Positions 1 through 12,845 of a stretch of DNA of 64,000 nucleotides are shown here, piece after piece. Origin of the DNA: Dimorphilus gyrociliatus (Eukaryota; Animalia; Annelida); assembly GCA_904063045.1 (NCBI GenBank), contig CAJFCJ010000036.1:1-64000 (forward strand), in the 5' to 3' direction. The notes under the pieces were generated by a model. That model did not search any database. It saw nothing but the letters and a program-made list of their open reading frames with translations, and was not told where the DNA came from. Each line of letters opens with the position of its first letter. Within the stretch, counting starts at the first letter, position 1. The position numbers were made by a program, and so were the translations under genes.

Positions 1-224
1 ACAGCGTCATCTGACGGTATTTGTGGGTTTTTCTTTGATGTTTGTTGTTCCAAGAGAAATTTCTTTTTGCCTTTTGAATAAAAGTATTGATTCTATTGCA
101 GATTGCTGATTACGAAATTTCAAGATATTATTTTAAATGTAGGTTACGTAAGAAATTACATCATATTTTTGGTAGTAGCTTATATGATCCATAATCTGAT
201 ATATCATAAATCTAAATGAAAAAA

Positions 225-273
225 GAACCCAGGACATTCGCGTTGTTAGCACGATGCTCTAACCAACAAAGCT
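225..273 (-). pseudogene. tRNA-Ile-like relic (D-arm to start of T-arm) with anticodon AAC; acceptor stem missing
   Basis: Minus strand reads AGCTTTGTTGGTTAGAGCATCGTGCTAACAACGCGAATGTCCTGGGTTC, matching the eukaryotic tRNA-Ile(AAT) body (AGCTCAGTTGGTTAGAGC...TGCTAATAACGC...GGGTTC). Anticodon stem TCGTG/CGCGA pairs. The 3' T-arm and acceptor stem are absent. Confidence 0.6.
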
Positions 274-1595
274 TCTATGGAATTAATTTATTTTAAATGA
301 AAGACAAACTCAGCCCAAAGTTTTCTAATTAGACAGGTTGATGAACAATCTACAACACCAGCAGATTATATTCTTAATGCTACTGATAGTACTGGAAATT
401 TGATTAATTTGACAAATTTTACAGCAGGAAGCCAAAATATTCAAACTGTTTCTCTCATAATAAGTATATTTTTTGACAATGACGTCACAGAATAAATTCT
501 AATAAAAATAATAATGTAAAATTTACTATAGTACAATCAGGAGGTGGCACTCATATTAGTTAGGCAATTACTGATCCATATTATAAAGATATAATAGTCT
601 TTTCTCTGATGTTATAGGAAAATCGGGCCAGTATAATGAAATATTTACACATTCGACCTTAAACTTGAAGTTAATTGGCCAATTGCTGATGGAAAAATTT
701 TTCTAGCTAAAAAAGACAGAAGAAAAAATTCAGAATGTTTCAGAATGAATGTTGAAGATTTACTATATCAAAAAGAAGGAGAAGGAAAGAAAGTAGAATA
801 TATTAAAATTCATAAAAAGAATAATATGTATTTGCATCATTCAGCTGTTACTTAAACAGGTAATTATTAAAAATGTGAGTACAATCATGTGTTCATTTAA
901 ATAATCAATAATTGTTTGAATGAGAACCATGGTTATCATATTCTACTATATATATTGAAAATTAAATTTAAATCTTTAGTTAAAACATAGAATGGCACAG
1001 AAGGAAAGAGAAAATATTTTCTTCTGTTTGATGGTTTCTGAAGAGGATGGAGAAATTTTAAGAAAATTTTGTCAAGAAAAGAATTTAACCATTTTAGATC
1101 ATAAGAATTATCCAAAATTTGTTCATAAGACATACTTTCAAAGTAAAAAGAAGAAATTTTCCAGAATGACTACTCTTCAAGAGAAAGTATACGATTTTTT
1201 GCTAAGCTGAATTCTATTCTCTCTTTACTATCTCATTTCAATATTATAATAAATATATTTTTGTCATTATTTTCAATTTCTTTGTAATGGTCTGGTTCCT
1301 GGTGAATGGTATATAAGAATATTTTACTTTATTGATCATTTATAATAAATAACACCTAAAGTTAAGTTTGAAAAGAATGGGACATGTGTAATTGATTTTT
1401 TGAAAAAAAAATATTACATGAACTTGACCTTCTACTTGAAGAGAAGAGAAGATTTAGAAGGGAATATTGCCAAAACCATTTGTTACAATTCACATATTCT
1501 TCGTCTAAAGATGAATTTTAAAGAGGAGAGAGAATGTTAACCCAAATCTACTATATATTTCTAGAAAGTCACGTGATTATAAAAAATAAATGTTC

Positions 1596-2629
1596 CTAAA
1601 TAAAAATTTCATCCCTAATTTTATGTTTTATCTTATTACATATACAAATATTTAAAATTGTAAAGATTCTTTGTCTAAATGAAGGAAAGATAAAACTATA
1701 GATGAAAGTATTAAAAAAACTATTAAAAGTTGCTAACCAATAAGAATAGAAACTATAAATTAATGTTTTTTGTCTAAAACTGTCACTTATTGTACTTCCG
1801 ATAACCAAACAACAAAATGGAAATGTTAATGTATAAAATACAGAAATAGTTAAAATTAATAATTTTATAACTTTTAAATTTCTTTTTCTAGAAATTTCAT
1901 TTTGTTGATTTAATGAAGTTTTTAAGTTAAATTTTTGCTTTCTAAGGTGAAAAATGGTGTTAAATGTTGAAAAGAATAATACTGAAGATGTTAACAATGG
2001 TCCAGCATAAAGATAAACAAATACATGTAGAGTTATTACAAATTTTGGAGAACATATTAACTCAGTTTTAAGGAATACGAAACGAGATATTCCTAAACTA
2101 TCAATTAATGGTAAAAATCCAATTAAAAATAGAGATAACCATGAAAAACTGATAAGAAATATAACCCTCTGTTCAGTTACAATAGTTTTATATCTAAAAA
2201 TATAAAATTTTTCAAATTGTTATGAATTTTAAATTGAAAATTATCATTCATTTACCTGTTGAAGAATTTAACTGCAATATATCTATCTAAAGATATCATT
2301 GCTATACTCCATATTGACATCATACTGCTTGTAAGTGTAAATGTTCCATTTATATGACAAACTAAACTTCCGAATAAATACTTTCCAAGTATAGATGTTA
2401 GAAATGAAGTTGGTATTTGTGTAACACAGATTAAAATGTCAGAAATGGCAACACTTATTAATAGAATTTTAGATACTTTTGGTATGGTTTTAAGAAATGG
2501 AAGTAGAATTAAAGCCAATAATGATGAAAGTAATGATAAGACCAATGGAACACCAATTACAATCGATCTTAATGGATTGGAAATTGGATGATAAAAATTT
2601 ACAGAAATTGTAATACTTGTATTAGACAT
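1596..2629 (-). CDS. Class A (rhodopsin-like) GPCR, 2 exons (intron 2194-2255)
   Basis: N-terminal NTS sequon, TM2 AISD, TM3 C...SLDRY. A 62-nt GT-AG phase-2 intron joins the exons in frame (NR/YKTIVT). TM6 FTLTFPF and TM7 NSFFNTFIY are present. The start may be the ATG at 2644 instead. Confidence 0.85.
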
Positions 2630-3838
2630 GAAGATGGCAACCATGTAAGTCAATGTGACAAATTTTACCCATGAAGCTATATATATATATAATATTTAAT
2701 TAGCTTAATAAATAGTTCATTACCTCGATTAATTATCTTAAAATAAGTTCATGCAAAAAAAAATTGATTACTTATTATTCTTCCCAGCCAGATGACAAGG
2801 AAGAAAAATATGCCCCACAGCAAAAATGTATTTGATGAACTGAAATGCGTAAGTAATTAGTTTAGAAATCCATACTCTCTGCAAAAGTTCATTCACACGT
2901 AATATAACAAAACATTTTCCTTTTCCTTCTCTTTTTAGATAAATTTTGTCTGATATTTTCATTTCTAAAAGAAGATATTTCATATATCATGAGGATGATA
3001 CTCAATAATTCTTTCATAAGAATTGAGGTTTGACATATACAGAATAGTTTGAATTATTTCTATCATATTTTAATTATTAACAATTCCAATGTTTTAACTA
3101 TTAATCATCTTTATGATTAATTTTTTAGCTATTATTCTCTTCACAGCCATTTTCACATTTTCTATATGCTTTAGTAAAAAAACTAACCACTAAAAAATTC
3201 CAATCATCTTGATAGGCTAATTTTTTAAAAAAAACAATGAAAAGTTTTTTCTTTGTTCTAAATTTGTTTCTTTTTGTTTTGTCTACATTTATATTTAAAA
3301 ACTTTAAAACATTTCTTTCTTATATACAAAACATACCACAGACCAGTTTATTGGAAGTATTAAAATTGATGGATGAATATTTTCATTTTTGTTCAATTTT
3401 TAGTTTCCATAGCAATTTGTATTGTTTATCGGAATTTAATATGCTATTTGGGAAAAAGTGATGGATTACAGTATTACAAAGAGTTGTAGTAATATCATTG
3501 ACATATGTAATAGTATGGCTCCCTATCTTCCTTATATACTGTTGTTTTGAGTTTTTAAACATTTTAAGAACTCCTTTCAATGCTATTAAATATTCATATA
3601 TAAAAATTATTTTTTTAAATAAGAAACAATCACCACTCCGTATAAGAATATACCATGTCAGATCGTAGTAACTTCCCCCCTCTCCCTCCTCCTTTATGTC
3701 GTGTTTATTATGTTTTGTTGGTGTTTTAAGCACTGTTGAGTGCTATCTAGAATAAATAAAAATGGCTGGACTGGGGATGATGAATGATTGTTTCGTTTTA
3801 CAATAATTGAGGATAGCAAAAGAAAATTAAAATCTTAC

Positions 3839-5077
3839 TTGAATCAACATGAAATTTAATGGAAAAGGTTCTAAATTGTTTAACACAACCGTATGAACAT
3901 TCTTGTAAGTCTATTATTTTTCCAATTTCAACATTTTCTTTTTGAATATTCATATTTACAGACTGAAACGTTAATTTGAATTTATAGCACTCATAACTTT
4001 AGCGATTGATTAGTACACTACTCACTGAAGCATCTCCGTATGAATTTCCAGCATTTGCTATGGCGTTACTTTTGCTATTATGATTGAGTATTAATGGAAT
4101 ATCATTTTCCTCTATAGGGATAGTATCATTTAATTCCACTGTTTGAACAGTTCCAATTGGACCATCAGGTAATGTAATTAGAGTAATTAATTTATATTTA
4201 ATTCCTGCTAAATCCGACATTTTTCGCCAAATGCCAATGTGACTTTTATCTGTTGTCTTTCTGTAGAATTCAATTTTTGTTAAATGTCCAGAGCAGACAA
4301 ATTTTAAGTCAACTAAAAAGGTTGCATGGTCTTGACCACCTTCATTTCTGTCAATTAGATCGTGTCCATACACATTTTGCTTGTTGGAACAATATGGATT
4401 TCTCTCTGCAAAAGTAGACTATTAATTTCAGAAGAAACCGGTAGGAGAATATTCTGTATATATTTACTATAGACATTTTTTGGGATAAATTCAAGGTTGA
4501 AAGCATAATATTTGTTATAAACATGTGAATTAAAATTAATATTTTTATAAACTGGTAGTTTCATAAAAAATTTAACAGCTGTAATTATCTAAAAAGACAT
4601 AGAATATAATTTTATAATTTGACATCCTATATATAAGAAAGTTCCAGTCACCTTATAAAATTGTGCATTTCCAGGATTATCTCCTTTATAGGATACAATA
4701 CCATGTTTTGAACCTTCAAGAAACTCAAATGCCAAATAATCAGTTGTTGAAATTTCCATTGGAATATCAAATTTTACAGTTCTTTGTTCGATTGCAGTAG
4801 TTTTTGTAATTGTTCTATAATCTTTCTTATTATATTTCAAGCCCAAAACATTTTTCCAAACTGCCAAATGAAATGGATAATCTTCACCAGTTGTTAGATA
4901 AGTTATAGATGTTATGTAGCCATTACAGGGAATAGTAAAATCTGTAAGCAAATTAATATGGTCCAATTGAGAAAAAATAAAACGTATAAGAGGAAATCCA
5001 AGAGTTGCATTGTGACAATTTTCACTTTGAAGTGTTACTGGAAAATTTAGTAGTAAGATAAAAATCTGGAAAAACAT
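3839..5077 (-). CDS. Secreted protein with two tandem uncharacterised beta-rich domains (DUF4082-like pattern); multi-exon, 3' end unresolved
   Basis: Signal peptide MFFQIFILLLNFPVTLQS. Two similar units: IPCNGYITSITY...HLAVWK and FVCSGHLTKIEFY...HIGIWR. Canonical donors lie near 4650, 4030 and 3838. Confidence 0.6.
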
Positions 5078-5344
5078 ACTACTAGATCAGACAAGCAAAT
5101 AAAACACACTCAAAACAATTCAAGGAAAATTCAATTATTTACTGATTTAGCTTTCCTTTCTTTTCATATATTGTATTTAATAGTGCTTTTTTTCATATTT
5201 CACGAGTTTTATTTTAATATTTATAAATTAAACACTTTGTTTATCAATTATTCTATGGAAACTTGATGAATTCTGTTATTTTTGGCGCATGAAAAATTTA
5301 GTCCATTTTGAATATTCAAAATGAATTTTAATCCTTTTATTATT

Positions 5345-6068
5345 ATGTTATATCTATGTATTTTACTTTTACTGATGAAGGTTGAGTATTTCATGTGAAG
5401 TAAGTGAAGATGCTCTAATTAATATAGCTGATGTTGAACTGGGAGCCACTTGTACCTATTCTTCTGTTGGAGCTACTGTTAAAAGATGTATACTATTGTC
5501 GATCCTGGATTCAACTTTTTCAATGATTATGCTAAACGTATGATTAATAATTCCATACCTTCACATTATATTTTCTCTATTTCTACCAGTTTTCCTTTCT
5601 GTTTTTCAGAGATGGACGGAAATATTTACAATGTACAATTTATGAATGACGTTGTCTATCACCTTCCTTCACATTTTCAAGGTCATTCAAGATCGATAAA
5701 GTTCAAGGTTAAAGGTTACAATTCTAGTCGTCAGCTTTAAAAATAAAACTACAAAGCAAATTGTATTAAAATTGGACATGCTCAACAATGATATTGAAAC
5801 TTCTTCCATTCAAGTTGAAGAAACTGTTGGAAAAGTGTTTGAATTCGGAAGATATACATCATTAATTCATTGCGACAGATGGAATGAATTTTGGCTTTTA
5901 TGGTCTGATAATGAAATCCAATTTGGATTTGATAAAGCATATGGAGAGAATCCATTAGCAAAAATACCAGTAACAACACCTTTAGATAACCCTGATATTG
6001 TTCAAAACAGTTTAGGAAACATCTTGAATCTAGTTCAACTGTCAGATGAAGGTTTCTTATCTTTTTGA
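5345..6068 (+). pseudogene. Secreted protein with a farnesoic-acid O-methyltransferase-like (Methyltransf_FA) domain, apparently frameshifted
   Basis: Signal-like MLYLCILLLLMK. SIKFKVKG and LIHCDRWNEFWLLWSDNEIQFG...PLAKIP fit the domain pattern. Coding pieces sit in different frames at short A/T runs. Confidence 0.45.
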
Positions 6069-6188
6069 TAATTAAAAACTATTTAATGTATAAAACTTTT
6101 GCAGAGGGAAAAAAATTGAATTCTAGAGATTGCAGTATTCATAAAGATTATGATATTTTGGATGGATTAACTAACTAAGGCAAAACAT

Positions 6189-6729
6189 TTTTCAACAAGA
6201 TGGGGCAAGATGTCATACATCAAAAATGTCCAAATTCTTCCTGAAAAGAAATAGAATAAAATATATTAAAGACTGGCCTGCCAACAGTCCGGATCTAAAC
6301 ATCATAGAGAATCTTTGGGCAGCCTTAAAGAAAAAGGTTAATGCAAAAATACCCAAAAATATGGATGAGTTAAAGTTGATAATATTTTGACGAATTTTTT
6401 TCAATTTTGGAAGAATATATAAAAAATTTATATAATTTATCAAAAAAAAGGGGTTGCCTTGTAATCCAAAATAAAGGTTACCCAATTAAGTACTAGATAA
6501 AAATTGAAATTTTTTAGGTTTTTTAAAAACATGACAGGAACTTACTCTCCTTCCTTTTGTTGAAAATTTTTAAATACAGATTACTGTATAGTGAGAAAAA
6601 TTTTTGAACAAGTTTTATCTATAAATTCGGTTATAAAAATATCTTATCGTTCATTCTAAACAAAAAGATTTAATTAAGCAAGTCCTGTTAGTTAAATAAT
6701 TCACTTTTTGCAATCTAAGAACAACCCTG
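6189..6729 (+). mobile_element. Tc1-family transposon relic: transposase C-terminus plus right terminal inverted repeat
   Basis: FQQDGARCHTSK...WPANSPDLNIIENLWAALKKK at 6189-6390. 6535-6729 closely matches 62652-62846 and ends ...AAGAACAACCCTG. Confidence 0.85.
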
Positions 6730-6990
6730 GCAGAGATTTCATATCAGGACGGTATATATACTGTATATATTATTTTTCAAATAATCCATGATATTGGCTA
6801 GCAACCCTAACACTCCATTGAGTCATTGTTTACTACATATTGAATAGTAAAGTAAGCAGTTGAGGAAAGCAGTAAAAAGGTAATATCTATGCTTCTCCCT
6901 CTTCTCTTCTTCCTCTCCTCTGTAAATACTAATATATATTTATATATACTGTATATTCTATATATTCAAGGAATTTGAAATAGTGACAAT

Positions 6991-8684
6991 ATGATTAGAC
7001 TTGAAGATATTATTCAGTTATTCATTTATGAAAATGCTGATAATTTGTTTAAGAAATGGTGCGAAAAAGGAATAAAAATACCTTCATTACTTTCAAACAA
7101 TATCTTAAATTTTATAACTGAAAGAAATTTTAATAGACAATCACAATATAAAATATTTTCCTGGTTAGATATGGATTTATTTGAGTGTAGTGAAATCAGA
7201 TTATATTGTATACCTTTTTATCAGCAGTTAACATTTACTGTTTTTAAAAAACATGCAATTAAAAAGTTGAATTTGTCAGTAATTTATAGTACTATTGAAC
7301 TTGATGAATTACTTGAACAGCTTAATTATAATCTACTGACTGAATTAACCATTTATAAAACTCAATTAGAATTTACAAACACTATTCAACAGTTGGCCTC
7401 ATTTCAAAATTTAAAAAAACTTTATCTACCATATTCATATTTGGATAATGAAATCTTTCAAAAAATCTTTAAATATTTACCACAATTAGAGAAAATTGAT
7501 TTGTCTGGAAATTATATTACTCAATTGGAAATGATTCAAGAATTTAAAAATTTAAAAGTTTTTAAATATTTAAATTTTCCTAGAGAATTGAATTTTACAA
7601 ATTTTTTAATTTTAAATATTAATTTAAATTTGAAAAAGTTGATTTTAACAAGAAAAGAAATACCACACATGAATTTATCGTTCAAATATGACGATAAGGA
7701 GTTTATAAGAAAAATCTATCTAAAGCAGTTGACCTATTTAAGATTGTGCTTTAATTATCAAATTGATGGCGAATTGTTAAAGTAAGTATAAAAAAGATGG
7801 CTACCAATATTTAAATATTATATTTACTTTAACCTAAATAGCCAAATGGTCGTAAGGCATAAAAATTTACAGTTTTTTCACACACCATTTTTTGAATATG
7901 TTCAAAAGAAAATTGTTATGGCAGAAAACTTAAAAGTGAATTATTTTTTTAAATTAAAAAGTAAAAGAAATTAAAAATTTGTATTCCTTTCTTTTCTAGA
8001 GAGATAATCCCATTGAAAAAATGAAAGAATGTATTGAAGGAAATATTAAAAATCATATTCTTATTGACCTAATTACTAATTTAATTGAATCGGTATCACC
8101 ACAAGTTTATAACATTAGTTTAAAAAATGAAAATGAAGAAGGAATATTTCTGCAGGTTATTCTTTCTTGTTTTGGTTTGCAATAGCTAAGTATCTTTTTT
8201 TAAATGTAATTATTAATTCTATTTTCAGATTGTTATAAGAACATTGGAAATATTTTTAAAGAATGGAATTTATCAAGAAAAATACCATATTAGAATATTA
8301 TATACAATTTTAAATATTGCCAAATCAATTAATTATAATCCTAAATTCCAATATGAATGGTTTCAAATTTGTATTAAAATATGTAGATACTCCAATCAAA
8401 TTAGACTTAATTCCTATATAGAATTCTGTATGTTGACAACAAAAAAATCATTAATGTCATTAATTTTCTTATCAATTTTGTTGTTGTTGTTTTTAAAATA
8501 GATAAGCCTATAGTTGAAGCTTGTTTTTGGATTTTTAAAAAATGTATTCATATTTTAAAAATAGTAAGAAAAGTTCAAAGTTTTTTTCTTTATTTAATTA
8601 AATACTTAAATCTTCTCATTAATTTCTGTTTTTTTCCATCTTTTACAGATTTCAAGAAACAAATATTTAATTTTAAATAATCAA
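6991..8684 (+). CDS. Intracellular LRR protein, ZYG-11/ZER1-like; multi-exon, 3' exons approximate
   Basis: 264-aa first exon with LRRs (LKKLYLPYSYL, LEKIDLSGNYI). The N-terminus resembles that of the fragment at 49996. GTAAGT donor near 7781 and further helical exons to ~8680. Family assignment is by resemblance only. Confidence 0.5.
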
Positions 8685-9675
8685 TGCAAAATGGTGAATT
8701 TTAACTGTTGGGATATGTTTGAGGAAGATGTTTTAACTGTTCACAGCTCACTAGCTTAAAAATCCCGCCTTTTTTTGATAAGAGCGGAAGGAGGAAGATT
8801 TCTCTGAACAAAGAGAAATCTTTGAATAAATTGATTTTGGTAGTAGTGCTCTCTCTTCCTTAAATATTTAAAGATTATTAAAGTTAAGTCAGCTTTTAGA
8901 ATGGATTTCGAGGAAACTTAAATAAATGGCAAATATGTCAAATGGGAAATGCCAATTGAAATGAGAAAGTAAACGCATTAAAGTTACCATTTTCCATTTA
9001 GAAAAACGAGTACTATACTATTGGTGTGAGGAAAATGACAGTTAAAACTGTAACATAAATGCTGTTGGTTTATAGATGGGGATGTAAAAAGACATGGTAC
9101 TGTAGCAAACTTAAGAAATGTTAGGATATGATAGATGGAGCCACTGTTTATTTGGCAAAGAAACAATGTTAAAACGATGTATGTCAAAAATGTTATAGTT
9201 TGATAGTGAAATATTATTGTCTTAAGTAGCTTTTGAGCATTTTTATTAATTTAATATTAATGTCAAGGTCAAATAGTATTAATATTGTTAAACTTTCACA
9301 ATATTTTACGCACAGTACTATTATATGACTATATCAATATCATTTAAAACGTACTTAAGAAAGAGCATCAATCTTAAGCAGAGGCAGTACAAAACATTTT
9401 CAATATATAAAATCAGAGGAATATGCACATGCGCAGTAGTTGTTTTCAGTGCTTTTGTAAAAAGGGTTGTATAAAGATGATAAATCAAAATCAAAAATGC
9501 ATAACACAGCACTAACAAGAATATATAATGAAAAGATTCCCTATTCCGCAAACACAACTTTAATTATTGAAATAGTCACGTGGCCTAGTGTTTTCTCCAA
9601 TAAACACTAGGAGAGGAAGGAGAGTAAGTTAAACAGTCAGAAATTTCTTAAAGGTAAGAATAAATAGATTTTATC

Positions 9676-9882
9676 AGGGTCAACAGAAAACGTCCACAAA
9701 TAATAAATTTCAAGACAAGATTTTCGATTGAGAGATGATTAGTAAGAAGAAGACAGCAACTGATTTGTACTTAGGAGGGTCTCCTTTAACGGTTAGGGGT
9801 AATGCAAAAGGTTAGGTACAGCCAAGGGCTGGGTTAGAGTTAGGGTAAAAGCACTCATTTGTGGACGTTTTCTGTCGCATCC
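9676..9882. mobile_element. ~207-bp MITE with 9-bp target-site duplication (Mutator-like)
   Basis: Perfect 19-bp inverted repeat ACAGAAAACGTCCACAAAT (9683-9701 / 9857-9875). Flanked by the direct repeat GATTTTATC at 9667-9675 and 9883-9891. Internal GGTTAG-type motifs. Confidence 0.85.
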
Positions 9883-10163
9883 GATTTTATCATTTGGTGT
9901 TTTTAGTTGTAATTTTCAGATTGAAATTTATTTAAATATTTAAATCTTCTTTAACCAAACTGATATTCTATTTCTATTGCTTTGGTAGAAGTATAGATAG
10001 TGTAGGGAAAGATGAATAATATATCATCCATTATCGTTTACCCAGAACAGAACTCAATTTTATATTGTTAATTTTAATTGGAAATTATCTTTCTTTAGGA
10101 GTCTTAGGTGAAAAAAAGACGAAAATTGAGAAAAGAAACACAGTCAACAATATCAAGAGAAAT

Positions 10164-11635
10164 ATGGATAAACTATTGATTTGTATCTTATTTATTAATA
10201 GATTTTCCCAGACTTCAACTGGTAATAATTTTAATTGTTTGTATTTAAATCAATTCTGAAGAGTAAAGAGGGCCATATTTTGCAGTTGAATTCATTTCTG
10301 CCCCAACTCGTGAAATTGCCAAACTTGGAGAAAAACTTGCAATAAACTATTATCTTAGTGGTAAGTTGCATGTCTTTCTCTTCATTTCTATATTCTACTT
10401 TCATAATAGAAACAAAGGGAATTAGATTGGAAAGAGTTTATAATCAAACTTATAAAAACATTTACGAAACTCCCAATTTTAATTCATACTACGAAAATAG
10501 ATGGAAAGTGACACCTAGCGGAGAAAGTTCATCTTATTCGTTTATTAATAACAACGTTCAAGAGGTAAGTTATAACAAAGGTCAAGTCAAATCACACATA
10601 CGTACATAAAGTATATTTATATTCCTATGCATCAGATTGATGGTTTTACAATAAACGCTACTATTATGGACGAAAATAGTACTGATTCGAGGATAACTGC
10701 AATAGTCATATATGGTAAAAATTTGTAAAATTTGTCATTCATTAAATATTACTAATTACTCGATTAATGATCTAAGATTCAAATCCAAGATTATTAACAT
10801 ATCCGAGAAATACTCTTATGGAAGGGGAGAAATTTAACGTTTACTGCAATTTTGATATATGGGGTTCAGCTCATATAAGTTTTGAAGTTTTTATGAATGA
10901 TAAACAGCTAAACTCTAATGCAATTATAGTATTTTCTGATGGACTTGTAACTTTGAAAAGTTCAATAATTGCAACTCCAGAAATGAATAATCAAAATTTA
11001 TATTGTCAAGTAAAATTGTTCAGGTCCACAGATGATGTTTTCTCTGCTTTTGAATCTGAAAAATCAGAAAAATTAAACATTGAATGTAAGATTAAAATTC
11101 TCTTGTTAGAAATCATTAAAACTATTAACAAAATAACTTGTAGACAAGGTACGAGATATAAAATTAGCATCCAATTTTAGCAAGTCGGATTCCCAGGCTA
11201 AAACTGGGGATGAAATTGCATGTTCAGCAACAGGAAATCCTATTCCAAAATATGAATGGAGAGAGGTATGGCAGCTCTCTAGCTTCATTATTATTTACTT
11301 TTTATTAAAAATCAATAAAAGTAGTATTATTCATTCTAAAGGCATCTTCATCAGCTATTTTAACAACTAATTCAAAACTTATAATTAAAGAGGAGTGGCA
11401 AGGTAAAAAATATTTTGTATGCACTGCTTGGAATATTGTTGATGGAGAAAGAAATTCCATAACAGAACGTATTTCTCTTACAATTCCAGAGAGTGGTAAG
11501 TTAAACGACAAAAATATCATCATATCCTGTCTAAATTTTCTTTTCAGATGGTGCACCAATCAATAATAGAGTAGAAATGATTCTTATCTATTCCATCCCT
11601 ATACTATTATCCATATTTTTCTGAGCGATGCATAG
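10164..11635 (+). CDS. Immunoglobulin-superfamily cell-surface or secreted protein (~3 Ig-like domains), multi-exon
   Basis: Signal-like MDKLLICILFINRFSQTS. Ig motifs FNVYCNF...LYCQV and IACSATGNPIPKYEW...YFVCTAWN. GT-AG introns of ~50-65 nt. Frame of the last exon is uncertain. Confidence 0.7.
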
Positions 11636-11852
11636 CTGTGACCTTCACCCTGGCCGTATATCCAAACAATATTGAGATTAATTACTTTTGAATACAATTT
11701 GTATTGAATGATCACATTTTAATACTATTTAAATAAAAAACAGGAAGAATATTACACAATAGCCTACTTGACATTCATTGTAACGTAAATAATATAATTG
11801 AAAAGTAATACATGATTAGATGAATTAATAATTGGTTCATTGTTTTTGTTTG

Positions 11853-11864
11853 CGCGCATGCGCG
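11853..11864. promoter_or_regulatory. Perfect palindrome CGCGCATGCGCG (NRF1/EWG-type site)
   Basis: GC palindrome in AT-rich intergenic DNA containing the GCGCATGCGC core. Function not shown. Confidence 0.35.
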
Positions 11865-12845
11865 ATCATCTTTTTATCTGTTTTTGTTGACTTTATTCGA
11901 AACTTTTATCTCATATTTGGACTAGATTTGTTGTATCCTCAACACCATTTTTCAATGTTATCTGTTTTTTCATTGAATAATTAATTAATAATTAAAGAGA
12001 TGAACAATACTTAAAGTTTTCAAAACTATTACCTTTATGACTACGAATTATGAATGTGAAGGTAATATAAATGTACTAATTAAAGTAATTTTTGGAATAA
12101 GCAGTATATTCCAAGAGACTTGGATTTGAATATTAGACAGTCTATAAATAGCCTCTATATCAAGACAGCTGCATTAACTACAGAATCTTCAAAAGTTAAT
12201 TGTTATATATGAATATGAATATTTGATAAAATTAAATCATTAACAAAATCATTCAATTTTCATCATATCTATAAAACTGATATTGTGTTAACCAAAGGCT
12301 ACAGCTGCTATAGATAGAGAATTTTGATAGAAAAAAATAACAATTGTTTGTTGATTCTTTAATAGAGCTATGCAAACATTATTTGGATTTATTCACTAGA
12401 GAAAGGATTTCCATTAAAAAATCACAATATATTTGTCGTTTGTTTGATTATCAATGTTGTAAAGAGGGTTTGTGAATATTTGATGGAGTATAGTACTTGA
12501 ATCTATTATGATAACAAAATCATATTTTTTTCATCTGAAATTTTACTCTAAATCAATTTTAAATATGAATTTTTTCATAAACAAAATAAAAAGCTCTAAA
12601 GGCCTATATAAAATATTTATGTCCTATTAAATTTATTCAGCGTTAGAGTTATTTAACTCTGAATACGAAATTTTATTCGTTCAATTTTTTTGAATAGATT
12701 TAGGCTTATATGTATAAATCTATTCAGTAAAGTAATAATACATTATTGAAATGTAAGTTAAGTATAAATGGTAACAGAAAAAAGTGGTGATAAACACCTG
12801 AGCAGTTCGAAAAAAGAGACAAGAAAAAGAGATCTAATTGAAAGA

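Noticed and set aside
480-487. TGACGTCA CRE palindrome
   Set aside because: A single 8-mer with no identifiable promoter context.
330-856. Exon-like open stretches (VDEQSTTPADY...; KLEVNWPIADGK...HSAVT*)
   Set aside because: Possibly the 3' part of a gene, but I could not build a consistent splice model or recognise a family.
992-1210. 72-aa ORF MAQKERENIFF...
   Set aside because: No recognisable motif or supporting context.
12050-12480. Coding-like degenerate sequence (also 42130-42400 and 63000-63950)
   Set aside because: Multiple stops and no identifiable family; may be old gene or transposon debris.
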